From contig CALUHR010000003.1 in assembly GCA_944320495.1 (NCBI GenBank), forward strand, positions 64,001-128,000: 64,000 nt of DNA. The letters are read 5' to 3'. How positions within the stretch are numbered: position 1 is the stretch's first letter; every line of letters begins with the position of its first letter. Shown piece by piece: positions 42,473 through 52,073 of this stretch. Made by a program: the position numbers and the translations under genes. The notes under the pieces are model-generated. The model did no database searches and was not told the origin of the DNA. It saw only the letters and a program-made list of their open reading frames with translations. This DNA is from Candidatus Methanomethylophilaceae archaeon (GTDB lineage: Archaea; Thermoplasmatota; Thermoplasmata; Methanomassiliicoccales; Methanomethylophilaceae).

Positions 42473-44683
42473 ATGAGTCTTACAATTGCTTTGGCCGGAA
42501 ATCCAAACAGCGGGAAGACCACCCTCTTCAACAAGCTGACGGGTGCTAACCAGCGCGTGGGGAACTGGCCGGGGGTAACCATCGACAAGAAGACCGGGAA
42601 GGTCCGCGGCCACGACATCGAGGTCGTCGACCTGCCCGGGATCTACTCGCTGTCGCCGTACTCCCCGGAGGAGCTGGTGTCCAGGAACTACCTTCTCAAG
42701 GAGACCCCGGACGCCATCATCAACATCGTGGATGCGACCAACCTCGAGAGGAACCTCTTCCTCACGCTTCAGATCCTCGACCTGGGAATCCCCACGGTCG
42801 TCGCCCTGAACATGATGGACCAGGTGGAGAAGCTCGGGGACAGGGTCGACGTCGGGAAGCTGTCCAAGGAGCTGGGATGCCCGGTAGTGCCGATATCGGC
42901 CATCAAGAACCAGGGCATCCAGGACCTGATCGAAAGGATAGAGAAGGCCGGCGGATCCGGGGAGGTCCCGGAACCCGTCCTCTTCGACGGGGACATGGAG
43001 GGCCTCATCGCCGAGGCCAGAGATGCCCTCGGGTCCAAGGTCCCTGCGGACCGCTCCCGCTTCTACGCCGTCAAGCTGGTCGAGAACGACCACCAGATCT
43101 GCACCGAGTTCGCATCCGAGAAGGAGTCCATCGCCGCCTCGGTATCCGAGGTCGAGAGGAAGAGGGACGACGAGATCGACTCGATCGTCGCCGACTCCCG
43201 CTACAACCGCATCTCGGACATCGTCGGGGACTGCGTCAAGAGGGCACCCCGCGACGAGAGGGGCACGCTCTCAGACAGGATCGACAGGGTCGTCACCAGC
43301 AGGATCTGGGGAATCCCGATCTTCCTCGGAGTTCTCGCCGTCGTGTTCCTCGGCATCATCGGGTTCGCCTGGGGCGACTTCGAGGTCGTAGGAATCGGGA
43401 CATGGTGCACGGACTGGCTCAACGGGTTCATCGAGGACCCCATCCAGTCCACCGTGGCCGACTGGTGCGCCGACAACGGCGTCAGCGACGCCATGACGGG
43501 CCTGCTCGTCGACGGCATCATCGGAGGAGTGGGGGCCGTCATCGGATTCCTGCCCCAGATGCTCATCCTATTCCTCGCCCTGTGCATACTCGAGGACATC
43601 GGGTACATGTCGAGGATCGCCTTCGTCATGGACCGCGTGTTCAGGCACTTCGGGCTCTCCGGCAAGTCCCTCATCCCCGTCCTCGTGGGAACCGGATGCG
43701 GCGTCCCCGGGATCATGGCCTCCCGCACCATCGAGAGCGAGAGGGACCGCAGGATCACCGCGATGACCACCACGTTCATCCCCTGCGGAGCCAAGCTGCC
43801 CGTCATCGCCATGCTGACCTCCGCCGTCTTCGGCGGCAACGGACTCGTCGCCGTCGGATGCTACGTCATGGGGATAATCTGCATCCTCATCTCCGGAATC
43901 ATCCTCAAGAAGTTCAGGAGCCTCTCCGGAGCCGCGACCCCGTTCATCATGGAGCTGCCCCCCTACCACATCCCGTCCGCCTCCAACATCGTCAAGGGGA
44001 CCCTCGACAGGGGCTGGGCGTTCGTGAAGAAGGCCGGTACCATCATCCTGCTCGCGTGCATCCTGATCTGGTTCCTCTCCAACTTCACCTGGGGCCTGGA
44101 GTTCAACGGCGGAGAGACCGGGAACTCCATCCTGGCGTCCATCGGAGAGGTGCTCATGTACGTCTTCATGCCCCTCGGCTGGGGCGACAACTGGGAGCTC
44201 ACCGTGGGATCCATCACCGGGCTCATCGCCAAGGAGAACATCGTCGGAACGTTCGGCACCCTGTTCGGCGTCGAGGCGGGAGAGAACGGCGAGGGTCTCG
44301 AGGCCGTCCTCGGGTCCATGCTGTCCACCGCCTCCGGCTGGTCGTTCCTCGCCTTCAACCTGATCTGCGCCCCGTGCTTCGCCGCCATCGGAGCCATGCA
44401 CAGGGAGCTCGGGTCCTGGAAGGACACGGGCATCGCCGTCGCCTACCAGTGCATCCTGGCGTACTGCGTCGGGCTGGTCCTCTACGGCATCCTCGGATGC
44501 GTCGGAGGATGGAACACCGTCGTGATCGACGGCGTGACCGTGGACAACGGCGTGCCGATCGGAAGCACCATCGCCGCCATCGTCGTGATAGCCGCGTTCG
44601 TCTACATCCTGTGGGCCAAGGACCCGTTCCGCCAGCTCGCCGGCAGGGACGAGTACGACGCGGAGGACGAGGTGAAGGCATGA
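42473..44683 (+). CDS. feoB: Ferrous iron transport protein B
   Basis: GNPNSGKT, VGNWPGVT, DLPGIYS, NMMD, and a membrane domain with GCGVP and PFIMELP. Confidence 0.96.
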   Translation: MSLTIALAGNPNSGKTTLFNKLTGANQRVGNWPGVTIDKKTGKVRGHDIEVVDLPGIYSLSPYSPEELVSRNYLLKETPDAIINIVDATNLERNLFLTLQILDLGIPTVVALNMMDQVEKLGDRVDVGKLSKELGCPVVPISAIKNQGIQDLIERIEKAGGSGEVPEPVLFDGDMEGLIAEARDALGSKVPADRSRFYAVKLVENDHQICTEFASEKESIAASVSEVERKRDDEIDSIVADSRYNRISDIVGDCVKRAPRDERGTLSDRIDRVVTSRIWGIPIFLGVLAVVFLGIIGFAWGDFEVVGIGTWCTDWLNGFIEDPIQSTVADWCADNGVSDAMTGLLVDGIIGGVGAVIGFLPQMLILFLALCILEDIGYMSRIAFVMDRVFRHFGLSGKSLIPVLVGTGCGVPGIMASRTIESERDRRITAMTTTFIPCGAKLPVIAMLTSAVFGGNGLVAVGCYVMGIICILISGIILKKFRSLSGAATPFIMELPPYHIPSASNIVKGTLDRGWAFVKKAGTIILLACILIWFLSNFTWGLEFNGGETGNSILASIGEVLMYVFMPLGWGDNWELTVGSITGLIAKENIVGTFGTLFGVEAGENGEGLEAVLGSMLSTASGWSFLAFNLICAPCFAAIGAMHRELGSWKDTGIAVAYQCILAYCVGLVLYGILGCVGGWNTVVIDGVTVDNGVPIGSTIAAIVVIAAFVYILWAKDPFRQLAGRDEYDAEDEVKA

Positions 44684-44856
44684 ACGGGAACCTCGTCGTC
44701 GGAGCGATCGTCATAGCGGTCGTCGCGGCCTCCCTGGCATACCTGGTATGGCAGAGAAGGAGGGGCAGATGCAGCTGCGGCATGGACTGCAGCTGCAGGA
44801 AGCCCGCCGGCAAGGACGACGGGGAGACCTGCGACTGCTGCAGGAAGGACCGATGA
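44680..44856 (+). CDS. FeoB-associated Cys-rich membrane peptide; ends CGA-TGA
   Basis: TM helix followed by RRRG-CSCGMDCSC...CDCC. ATGA overlap with feoB. Confidence 0.75.
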   Translation: MNGNLVVGAIVIAVVAASLAYLVWQRRRGRCSCGMDCSCRKPAGKDDGETCDCCRKDR

Positions 44857-44936
44857 CCGCAGGGGGCCCAGGCCCCCGAACAAACGGCCCGGCCGGGTGC
44901 CGGGCCATCAACCCAATACATCGCGAGGTCGGAGAA

Positions 44937-45128
44937 ATGGACATGAACATCGTCGTGGGCGGCGTGATCGCACTGATCGTAATAGCCGACGTGGCCTATC
45001 TCATCAGGAAGAGGCGCAGGGGCGAGAACTGCTGCGGCTGCACCGGATGCTCCGGCCGCGGATGCGGATCCTGCCACGGCCCATCGCTCGTCATGGTCGA
45101 AACGGAAGGGCCCGACAAGGATAACCGA
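44937..45128 (+). CDS. Second FeoB-associated Cys-rich membrane peptide; proposed end at CGA 45126-45128
   Basis: TM helix followed by [24 protein letters not shown]. Confidence 0.7.
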
Positions 45129-45187
45129 TGTACGGAACGAAGCTTCCGACCGCATGTTTTATTATAAAGACCCAGGATGCTGACGAC

Positions 45188-45322
45188 ATGAAATACCGTT
45201 GCCCCCTGTGCGGGTACATCTACGACGAGGAGAAGGAGGGCGTCAAGTTCGCCGACCTCCCCGACGACTGGTGCTGCCCCGTCTGCGGAGAGCCCAAAGA
45301 GGAATTCGTCCCGATGGAATGA
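45188..45322 (+). CDS. Rubredoxin
   Basis: [11 protein letters not shown]...[18 protein letters not shown] box at 45157-45168. Confidence 0.92.
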   Translation: MKYRCPLCGYIYDEEKEGVKFADLPDDWCCPVCGEPKEEFVPME

Positions 45323-45325
45323 TCC

Positions 45326-46252
45326 TCAGGTCCCGTCGATGCGGATGAGCTGCGAGTTCTGACGGCGGCGGATGTCCTGCACGAGCTGCAGGGCTATCTG
45401 ACTGCCCGCCGCGGCCGCCCTCGACAGGAGTTCGAAACCCTTTACCTCATCCTTATCCGTGCCCAGCCCCTCGAACATCATCCTACCGACCATGAACATG
45501 GCGTCTGGATCCTCGTCCATGATGGACTGGTACATACCGAACGCCGCCGACAGGTCCCTGGTCACACCCTCGCCCTGGTAGAGCATGGTGGCCAGCCTCA
45601 TCCTGGCCGGCACGAAGCCCGCGTCCGCCGCCGACCTGCACCAGTTGTACGCGGCGGCCTTCCCGCCATCCGCCTTCCCGGACGAGCACAGCTCGGACAT
45701 CTTCAGCATGGCCTCCGGCACTCCCGACGCCGCTGACATCCTGAACATGCGGATCGCCTCGGCATCGTCCCTCTCGCATCCTATCCCCTCGGACAGCATG
45801 TACCCGGCCTTGAACATCGAGAGGGAGTCCCCGGCGTCCGCCGCCCTGCGGTACCAGCCGAGCGCCCCTGTCGGATCCGCATCCGTCCCGTATCCGTACA
45901 GGAGGATCCCGGCGATCTCAGGATACGCGGGAGGGAACCCGGCATCCGCAGCCCTCCGGAACCAGTCCGCTGCACGCGAAGGGTCCTCCGGATGCTCCAT
46001 GGCGCCTGCCCACAGCATACCCAGCCTGTACATCGACGGAGGGTGTCCCGCATCGGCCGCGACCTCGTAGAGCCTCTCGGCGCCCTCGGGGTCCCTCTCC
46101 GTGCCCCTGCCGGACATCTTCATCTCGGCCATGCCGAAGACCCCGTTCGGATGCCCCGCGGACGCGGCCTCCTGGAACATCCCGTATGCGGACTCGGGGT
46201 CCTCTCCGACCATCTCCGCGGCGCGTGCGCAAAGCTCCTCCGGATCGCTCAT
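45326..46252 (-). CDS. Sel1-repeat protein
   Basis: Repeated AM..LG.M...G.G...D...A..W...AA..G. Confidence 0.88.
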   Translation of the reverse strand: MSDPEELCARAAEMVGEDPESAYGMFQEAASAGHPNGVFGMAEMKMSGRGTERDPEGAERLYEVAADAGHPPSMYRLGMLWAGAMEHPEDPSRAADWFRRAADAGFPPAYPEIAGILLYGYGTDADPTGALGWYRRAADAGDSLSMFKAGYMLSEGIGCERDDAEAIRMFRMSAASGVPEAMLKMSELCSSGKADGGKAAAYNWCRSAADAGFVPARMRLATMLYQGEGVTRDLSAAFGMYQSIMDEDPDAMFMVGRMMFEGLGTDKDEVKGFELLSRAAAAGSQIALQLVQDIRRRQNSQLIRIDGT

Positions 46253-46306
46253 GGCCGAGCCAGTGCCGTGCATCTTATTTTTAATTTGTAGGCCGGTTCA
46301 CGGGTC

Positions 46307-46495
46307 ATGATCAAAGGCCCGCTGGTGTATGCAGCAGTCGCCCTGGCATTCATCCTCATCGCGATGTCGTTCGTCATCGCCGCCTTCCCCGATATGATCG
46401 AGACCCTCGGCATCATAACCGCGGTGGTGGCCGTCCTCGTCGTCATAGTCCTCGTCGGCATCCTGATCAAGACCAGGAGGGGTTCCGGCGAGCGA
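46307..46495 (+). CDS. Small two-TM membrane protein; proposed end at CGA 46493-46495
   Basis: Two hydrophobic helices, then KTRRGSGE. The standard-code ORF runs on 175 aa over the ArsR gene. Confidence 0.55.
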
Positions 46496-46553
46496 GGACG
46501 TCTGCGACGTCCCCGAGATACACGGGGACCGCGTCACCAGAGCCAGATCCTCC

Positions 46554-46838
46554 ATGCCCAGCCCCGAGATGGTCGAGGGGCTGGCAGACTTCTTCAGCAT
46601 TTTCGGCGACAGCACCCGCGTCAGGATCCTCCTGGCCCTCGACACCGGCGAGATGTGCGTCTGCGACATCAGCGAGACACTTGGCATGTCCATGTCCGCC
46701 ACATCGCACCAGCTCAGGATGCTGCGCGAGGCCCATCTGGTCTCCTCCCGCAGGGAGGGGAAGAACATATTCTACTCGCTCTGCGACGACCATGTCAGGG
46801 TCGTGCTAGAGACTGCCGTCGAACATCTCAGTGAATGA
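46554..46838 (+). CDS. ArsR/SmtB (CadC-like) metalloregulator; in-frame EDVCDVPEIHGDRV upstream suggests a start near 46488 without a canonical start codon
   Basis: FFSIFGDSTRVRILLAL...MCVCDISE...SATSHQLR.L...RREGKNIFYSLCDDHV. Confidence 0.88.
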   Translation: MPSPEMVEGLADFFSIFGDSTRVRILLALDTGEMCVCDISETLGMSMSATSHQLRMLREAHLVSSRREGKNIFYSLCDDHVRVVLETAVEHLSE

Positions 46839-46982
46839 TGCGACTGCGGATTCCGCAGCGCACATCCCATGTCGGTGCATGGGTCCCGTCCCATGAAACA
46901 CGACTACGGATTTCGTAGCGGTCCGACACTGCCACTGGCTCTTCCTTTAATATAATGCTCGCGATACGGAATCCGATGGGAC

Positions 46983-49067
46983 ATGAAGGTTGGGATAGAC
47001 CTCGGCACAACGTACTCTGCAGTCGCAAGATATGACACCAAGAATAGCAAACCCGTGATAATCCCGAACGCGTTCGGCAAGGAGATCACGCCGTCCGTCA
47101 TCTGCTTCCTGGATGACGGGGACATCCTCGTTGGAGAGGACGCCAAGGACATGCAGTCCAACGGAACCGGGGTCAATGCCGCCGCGTTCAAGAGGAACAT
47201 GGGCGACGGGTCCATCGCTGTGAGCTTCAACGGCAAGGACTACACCTCGGAGGACCTCAGCGCCATGCTGCTCAAGCATCTGATCCAGGATGCCGAGCGC
47301 GCCACTGGCGAGAAGGTCGACGAGGCCGTCATCACGGTGCCCGCCTACTTCAACGACTTCCAGAGGACCGCGACCATCAGGGCCGGCGAATCCTGCGGCG
47401 TGAAGGTTCCTAAGATCATCAATGAACCGACCGCGGCCGCGATCTCGTACGGGTACAAGCACTCCAACGACAAGACGCTCATGGTCTACGACCTCGGAGG
47501 CGGGACCTTCGACGTCACCATCGTCAGGATCAGCAAGGGCAACATCGAGGTCATCGGTACGGACGGTAACCACATCCTCGGAGGAAAGGACTGGGACGCG
47601 GCCATCGTCAAGTACGTCTGCGACCAGTTCATCGACGAGTATGACGTCGACCCCAGGGACGACCTCCCCACCAAGAACGAGCTCATCGTCGCCGCGGAGG
47701 GGTACAAGAAGACCCTATCCATCGCCGAGAGCGTCACCATACCGATCAACTACGAGGGATACAGCGCCAAGTACACCCTCACCAGGGACGAGTTCGAATC
47801 CATGACCGAGCACCTCCTGGAGGCCACCAAGGAGGTCTGCCTGAACCTCATGGGCGACCTCGGCCTCGCCTGGACCGATATCGACGAGATCCTCCTCGTG
47901 GGAGGCTCCACCAGGATGCCCGCCGTCGCCAGATTCCTCAGGGACCTCACCGGCAGGGAGGTCATAGCCCACAGCGACACCGACCTGGCCGTCGCCAAGG
48001 GGGCCGCCATCGTCAGCGAGCTCTACAACAGCAAGGCCACCGGCCTCAGGGCCGAGATGACCGTCATCGACGTCACCGCCCACTCCCTCGGAGCCCTCTC
48101 GGTCTCCCCGGACGGATCCAAGTTCGTCAACGAGATCATCATCAAGAAGAACTCCAAGGTCCCGTGCACCGCCAGCAGGCAGTTCACCATCAAGAAGGGC
48201 AACATGACCGATAGGATCGAGGTCTACACCCTGCAGGGCGAGTCCAGGATGCCTTTGGACTGCAACGTCCTCGCCAAGGTGGTCATCACCGGGTTCTACA
48301 ACAACGGCCAGGGCCTCAACGTCGACATCGAGTACAACTACGATCAGAACGGCGTGGTCAACATCGCCGCCTACCAGGACGGGGAACCCCTCACCGTGGA
48401 GGCCCAGCCGATAGACGAGGACATCAGGTGGATGGGCGGAAGCCCCAAGAACAGGCGCAGCGACGAGTGCATCCTCAAGAACATCGCCATCTGCGTCGAC
48501 CTGTCCAGGAGCATGGACGGCGAGCCCATCGAGCGCGCCAAGGCCTCCATCCGCGATTTCGTCAACACCCTGCAGAACGATGACACCTACTTCTCGCTCA
48601 TCGGGTTCGGGGACAAGATCAAGGTCGTCCAGGACCTCAGCAACGACCCCCGCGCCGTGCTCGCGTCCATCGACGAGCTCAAGGTCAAGATGGTCGGCAG
48701 GGGAACCGACGCCAGCCCCCTCGACACCGCCCGCTCCATGCTCGGCTCGAAGCCGGGTGTCGGCATCATAGTCGTCCTCACCGACGGCATATGGGGAAAG
48801 AGGGACCGCGCGGTCGAGCAGGCCATCGGATGCAGGAACGACAACATCACGATCATCGCCGTCGGTCTCGGAGAGGCGGACACGTCCTTCCTCAGGCAGA
48901 TCGCCACCGTCGACGACGGAGCGCTGTTCACCACCATCGACAGGCTCGGGGACACCTTCGGAACCATCGCCACCGCGATCTCCTCCGGCAGCATGGGCCT
49001 GTCCGTCCGCGAGGGCGGAACCGGGCTCGCCGTGAGGCAGTCCACCAGGATGCAGTCCCGCGAATGA
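46983..49067 (+). CDS. Hsp70/DnaK-family protein fused to a C-terminal von Willebrand A domain
   Basis: GIDLGTTYS, TVPAYF, INEPTAAA, YDLGGGTFD, LVGGSTRMP; then vWA with MIDAS DLSRSM, GRGTD and VLTDG. Confidence 0.9.
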   Translation: MKVGIDLGTTYSAVARYDTKNSKPVIIPNAFGKEITPSVICFLDDGDILVGEDAKDMQSNGTGVNAAAFKRNMGDGSIAVSFNGKDYTSEDLSAMLLKHLIQDAERATGEKVDEAVITVPAYFNDFQRTATIRAGESCGVKVPKIINEPTAAAISYGYKHSNDKTLMVYDLGGGTFDVTIVRISKGNIEVIGTDGNHILGGKDWDAAIVKYVCDQFIDEYDVDPRDDLPTKNELIVAAEGYKKTLSIAESVTIPINYEGYSAKYTLTRDEFESMTEHLLEATKEVCLNLMGDLGLAWTDIDEILLVGGSTRMPAVARFLRDLTGREVIAHSDTDLAVAKGAAIVSELYNSKATGLRAEMTVIDVTAHSLGALSVSPDGSKFVNEIIIKKNSKVPCTASRQFTIKKGNMTDRIEVYTLQGESRMPLDCNVLAKVVITGFYNNGQGLNVDIEYNYDQNGVVNIAAYQDGEPLTVEAQPIDEDIRWMGGSPKNRRSDECILKNIAICVDLSRSMDGEPIERAKASIRDFVNTLQNDDTYFSLIGFGDKIKVVQDLSNDPRAVLASIDELKVKMVGRGTDASPLDTARSMLGSKPGVGIIVVLTDGIWGKRDRAVEQAIGCRNDNITIIAVGLGEADTSFLRQIATVDDGALFTTIDRLGDTFGTIATAISSGSMGLSVREGGTGLAVRQSTRMQSRE

Positions 49068-52000
49068 GGTTGAGGGAATTGGCTTCAAGACAGAACTACT
49101 GCCAGCTGCTCGGGCTCAACCCGCTGAAGGAGTCCTCCTACAGCACCGAGTCCATCCTCAAGAAGATAGAGGCGAAGCGCGGCAAGTGGGCCAACGACAG
49201 CAGGAACAAGCAGAACGACACCGAGCAGCGCTTCAAATCCGAGCGCCTGGTCGAGATGACCTCCGACATGGAGGAGGTCTTCAAGGACCCCAGGCGCAGG
49301 CGCGACGAGTTCAGCAAGGGCCAGGAGGTCCTCAAGGGCAAGGTGCAGAAACTCAGGATGGACTGCGTCATCCTGTCGGACGGGACGTACATCGCCCTGC
49401 CCGGCGCCGCCGACGCGTACACGAAGAAGCTGCACTGGGAGGGCGTCGCCAAGGCCGACGTCCTCAGGCTCGCCGGCATCAAGGACGGGACCCCGCCCAA
49501 GCCGGTCAGCGACAAGGTGCTCAACGCCTACAAGGGACTACGCGCCGTCGACACCTACACGCCGGTCGAGATGCTGAACGCCCTCATCAACCACCCCAAC
49601 CTGGAGATCGACGTCCCGCCGCTCACAGAGGGCAGCTCCTACTCCCAGATCCGCAACGCCTTCGACGTCTGCGAGAAGAGGGTCAACAGCGTCCGCCCGG
49701 ACGTCCTCCCGGAGCAGGACTCCTACATCCAGTCCATGAGGGGCGTCAAGCTCGTCCTGGAGCCGGACAGGGAGCTCGCCACGCTGATATCCTACGGTAA
49801 GTGCAACCGCGCCCTGGTCCCGGTGATGGAGACCCTCGAGCAGGAGTACTCGTCCCAGTTCAACAGGCAGTACATAGACCAGCTGCTGGGAGCGCACCTG
49901 ACGCGCGACGTCGACAGCGGCATGGCGATCCAGATCCTCCAACAGTTCTGCTACAAGAAGAAGATCGCGGCCAACTTCTCCGACACCGAGAGCAGCATGA
50001 TCCGCTGCTCCGAGTGCGGTCAGATGGTCCCCGCCGGACCGAACACCGTGTTCTGCCCGGCGTGCGGGAAGAACTTCAAGACCGTGTGCCCCGCGTGCGG
50101 CACCTCCCAGCAGTCCAAGAACACCGTCTGCATCAAGTGCGGGTTCAACTTCAAGGAGGGTCAGCAGAAGGCCGACCGCCTATCGATCGACTTCCGCATG
50201 AGCATGCAGGCCGGCAAGGTCGCCAAGGCGGAGAAGGCCCTCACCCAGCTCAAGGCCACGTTCCCGAGCTTCGCGGGCATCTCCACCATGGAGCTCGACC
50301 TGAAGCGCGCCCAGGACGAGATAGCGGCATCCCGCAAGTACGTCATGGACTCGTACAACCGCAACAGGTTCTACGAGGCCAAGACCTCGGCGGAGGCGCT
50401 CGCCGCCAAGTACCCGGACGCCCTGGAATCCGACCTGGAGCTGAAGCAGAAGGCCGCGGACGCCAACAACAGATACAACGCCGCGGAGGTCTACTGCAAG
50501 AAGGCCGTGACGGCCGAGTCCAGACAGGCCCGCATGGCCCAGTACGTCGCCGCCGCGGAGATCTGCCCCGACCACCCGGTCGCCAGGAGCAAGCTCAGGG
50601 AGAGCCCGCCGTCCGGACCCGCCGACCCCGTCGGCACCATGAACGACCGCTCGTTCACCATCAAGTTCGAGCCGCCAGCAGAGGCTACCGGAGTCACATA
50701 CTGCATCTACAGGGAGAGGAACTCGCTCCCCGTCGTCAACGAGGACGCCCGCCCCCTGGCGGAGATCCCCACCACGGTCTACGTGGACAAGACGCTGGAC
50801 CCCGGAATCGAGTACTACTACTCGATCCACTCCAAGCGCTGGGGCATCCTCTCGAAGGAGGGCGCCCACATCGGTCCCGTGATGACCATCTCGGAGGTCG
50901 ACAAGGTCAACATAGAGCCCATCGACGGCGGCCTGCGCATCATGTACGAGAAGCCCCGCGGGGCCTCACGCGTGAGGCTCTGGAGGTCGGACGGGAAGGA
51001 CTCGTCCTCCGTGGGCACCGAGATCGCCCTCAACGGCCAGACCGTCTACGACGACATCGGCCTCGTCGGGGGCAAGAAGTACTACTACCTGTTCGTCGCG
51101 GAGTACGAGGGTCGCAACAAGGTCGAGCGCTCCCAGGGAGTGGTGTTCAGCGAGACCACCGTCGACGCCCCCAAGCCCGTCCGCGACATGAAGATCAAGT
51201 GGAACAAGACGGACGGCACCTACACCGCCAAGTGGAGCACTACCGAGCGCGTCCTCCTCTACTCGTCCCCCAAGAAGATCGCCATTTCCGGCAGCATGGT
51301 CAGCATGGAGGACGTGAAGGCCTGGATGACCGAGATCAAGCCGATCGCGGAGTACTCCGACGGGGTCAAGTTCGCTCTCCCCGACGGCGCCGTGCAGTAC
51401 ATCTACCCGATCATCCCGCGCGGCCGCGTCGGCATCCGCGGGACCGAGACCCTGGTGGCCAACCTGAAGCCCTTCAGGGACGTGGAGTGCGTCCTGAGCA
51501 ACAAGGACTGCGTCATCACCATGGGATGGCCGGCGGACGCCGTGGAGGCCAAGCTCGTCATATCCAACGGCACCGAGGCCAGGAGCCTCGACGACATCGA
51601 CGCCGAGATCGTCACCGTGCGCCGCGAGGAGTACATGGAGGACAAGCAGATCCGCATCCCGATGGGCAAGGCCCGCAAGAAGTGCATCAACATCTTCGCG
51701 GTGTACATGCTCGGCAACGAGATGCGCCCATCCAGGGGCATCGTCGTGGACATCAACTCCGGTGACAGCAAGAAGGTCCGCTACACCGCCAAGCGCGTGC
51801 GCGGCGGCGCTGACATCGAGGTGTCCACCGAGCCCGGCGTCTACGAGCTCCCGGCGATGATGCTCGTGCAGACATCCACTGGGATACCGCTGAAGCGCAC
51901 CGACGGGGAGGTCGTCTGGAGGTCCGGGGGACCGGTGCCTCTGCAGAACGGCCGCGGCGTGATCGAGGCCCGCGGGGATATCGAGGACGTGAAGAGGTGC

Positions 52001-52072
52001 AGGCTGTTCCTGGAGAACGACGCCGACTACTTCGACTACAGGTTCGTGCACCCGCTCTACAGGGAGGGATGA
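49064..52072 (+). CDS. ~1002-aa multidomain protein: degenerate J-like domain, helical region, triple CxxC Zn-ribbon, TPR-like helices, Fn3-like repeats
   Basis: ATGA overlap with the upstream gene. NYCQLLGL...EQRFK...EVFKDPRRRRDEF; CSEC, CPAC, CPAC, CIKC; DKTLDPGIEYYYSI and DDIGLVGGKKYYYLFV. Confidence 0.75.
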   Translation: MRLRELASRQNYCQLLGLNPLKESSYSTESILKKIEAKRGKWANDSRNKQNDTEQRFKSERLVEMTSDMEEVFKDPRRRRDEFSKGQEVLKGKVQKLRMDCVILSDGTYIALPGAADAYTKKLHWEGVAKADVLRLAGIKDGTPPKPVSDKVLNAYKGLRAVDTYTPVEMLNALINHPNLEIDVPPLTEGSSYSQIRNAFDVCEKRVNSVRPDVLPEQDSYIQSMRGVKLVLEPDRELATLISYGKCNRALVPVMETLEQEYSSQFNRQYIDQLLGAHLTRDVDSGMAIQILQQFCYKKKIAANFSDTESSMIRCSECGQMVPAGPNTVFCPACGKNFKTVCPACGTSQQSKNTVCIKCGFNFKEGQQKADRLSIDFRMSMQAGKVAKAEKALTQLKATFPSFAGISTMELDLKRAQDEIAASRKYVMDSYNRNRFYEAKTSAEALAAKYPDALESDLELKQKAADANNRYNAAEVYCKKAVTAESRQARMAQYVAAAEICPDHPVARSKLRESPPSGPADPVGTMNDRSFTIKFEPPAEATGVTYCIYRERNSLPVVNEDARPLAEIPTTVYVDKTLDPGIEYYYSIHSKRWGILSKEGAHIGPVMTISEVDKVNIEPIDGGLRIMYEKPRGASRVRLWRSDGKDSSSVGTEIALNGQTVYDDIGLVGGKKYYYLFVAEYEGRNKVERSQGVVFSETTVDAPKPVRDMKIKWNKTDGTYTAKWSTTERVLLYSSPKKIAISGSMVSMEDVKAWMTEIKPIAEYSDGVKFALPDGAVQYIYPIIPRGRVGIRGTETLVANLKPFRDVECVLSNKDCVITMGWPADAVEAKLVISNGTEARSLDDIDAEIVTVRREEYMEDKQIRIPMGKARKKCINIFAVYMLGNEMRPSRGIVVDINSGDSKKVRYTAKRVRGGADIEVSTEPGVYELPAMMLVQTSTGIPLKRTDGEVVWRSGGPVPLQNGRGVIEARGDIEDVKRCRLFLENDADYFDYRFVHPLYREG

Positions 52073-52073
52073 G

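Noticed and set aside
11217-46495. Systematic base-calling error (T to C at a methylation motif) as the cause of the terminal CGAs
   Set aside because: The 11 sites share no flanking motif, occur on both strands, and no similar CAA/CAG stop losses or Trp-to-CGG changes were seen. Raw reads are still needed to exclude it fully.
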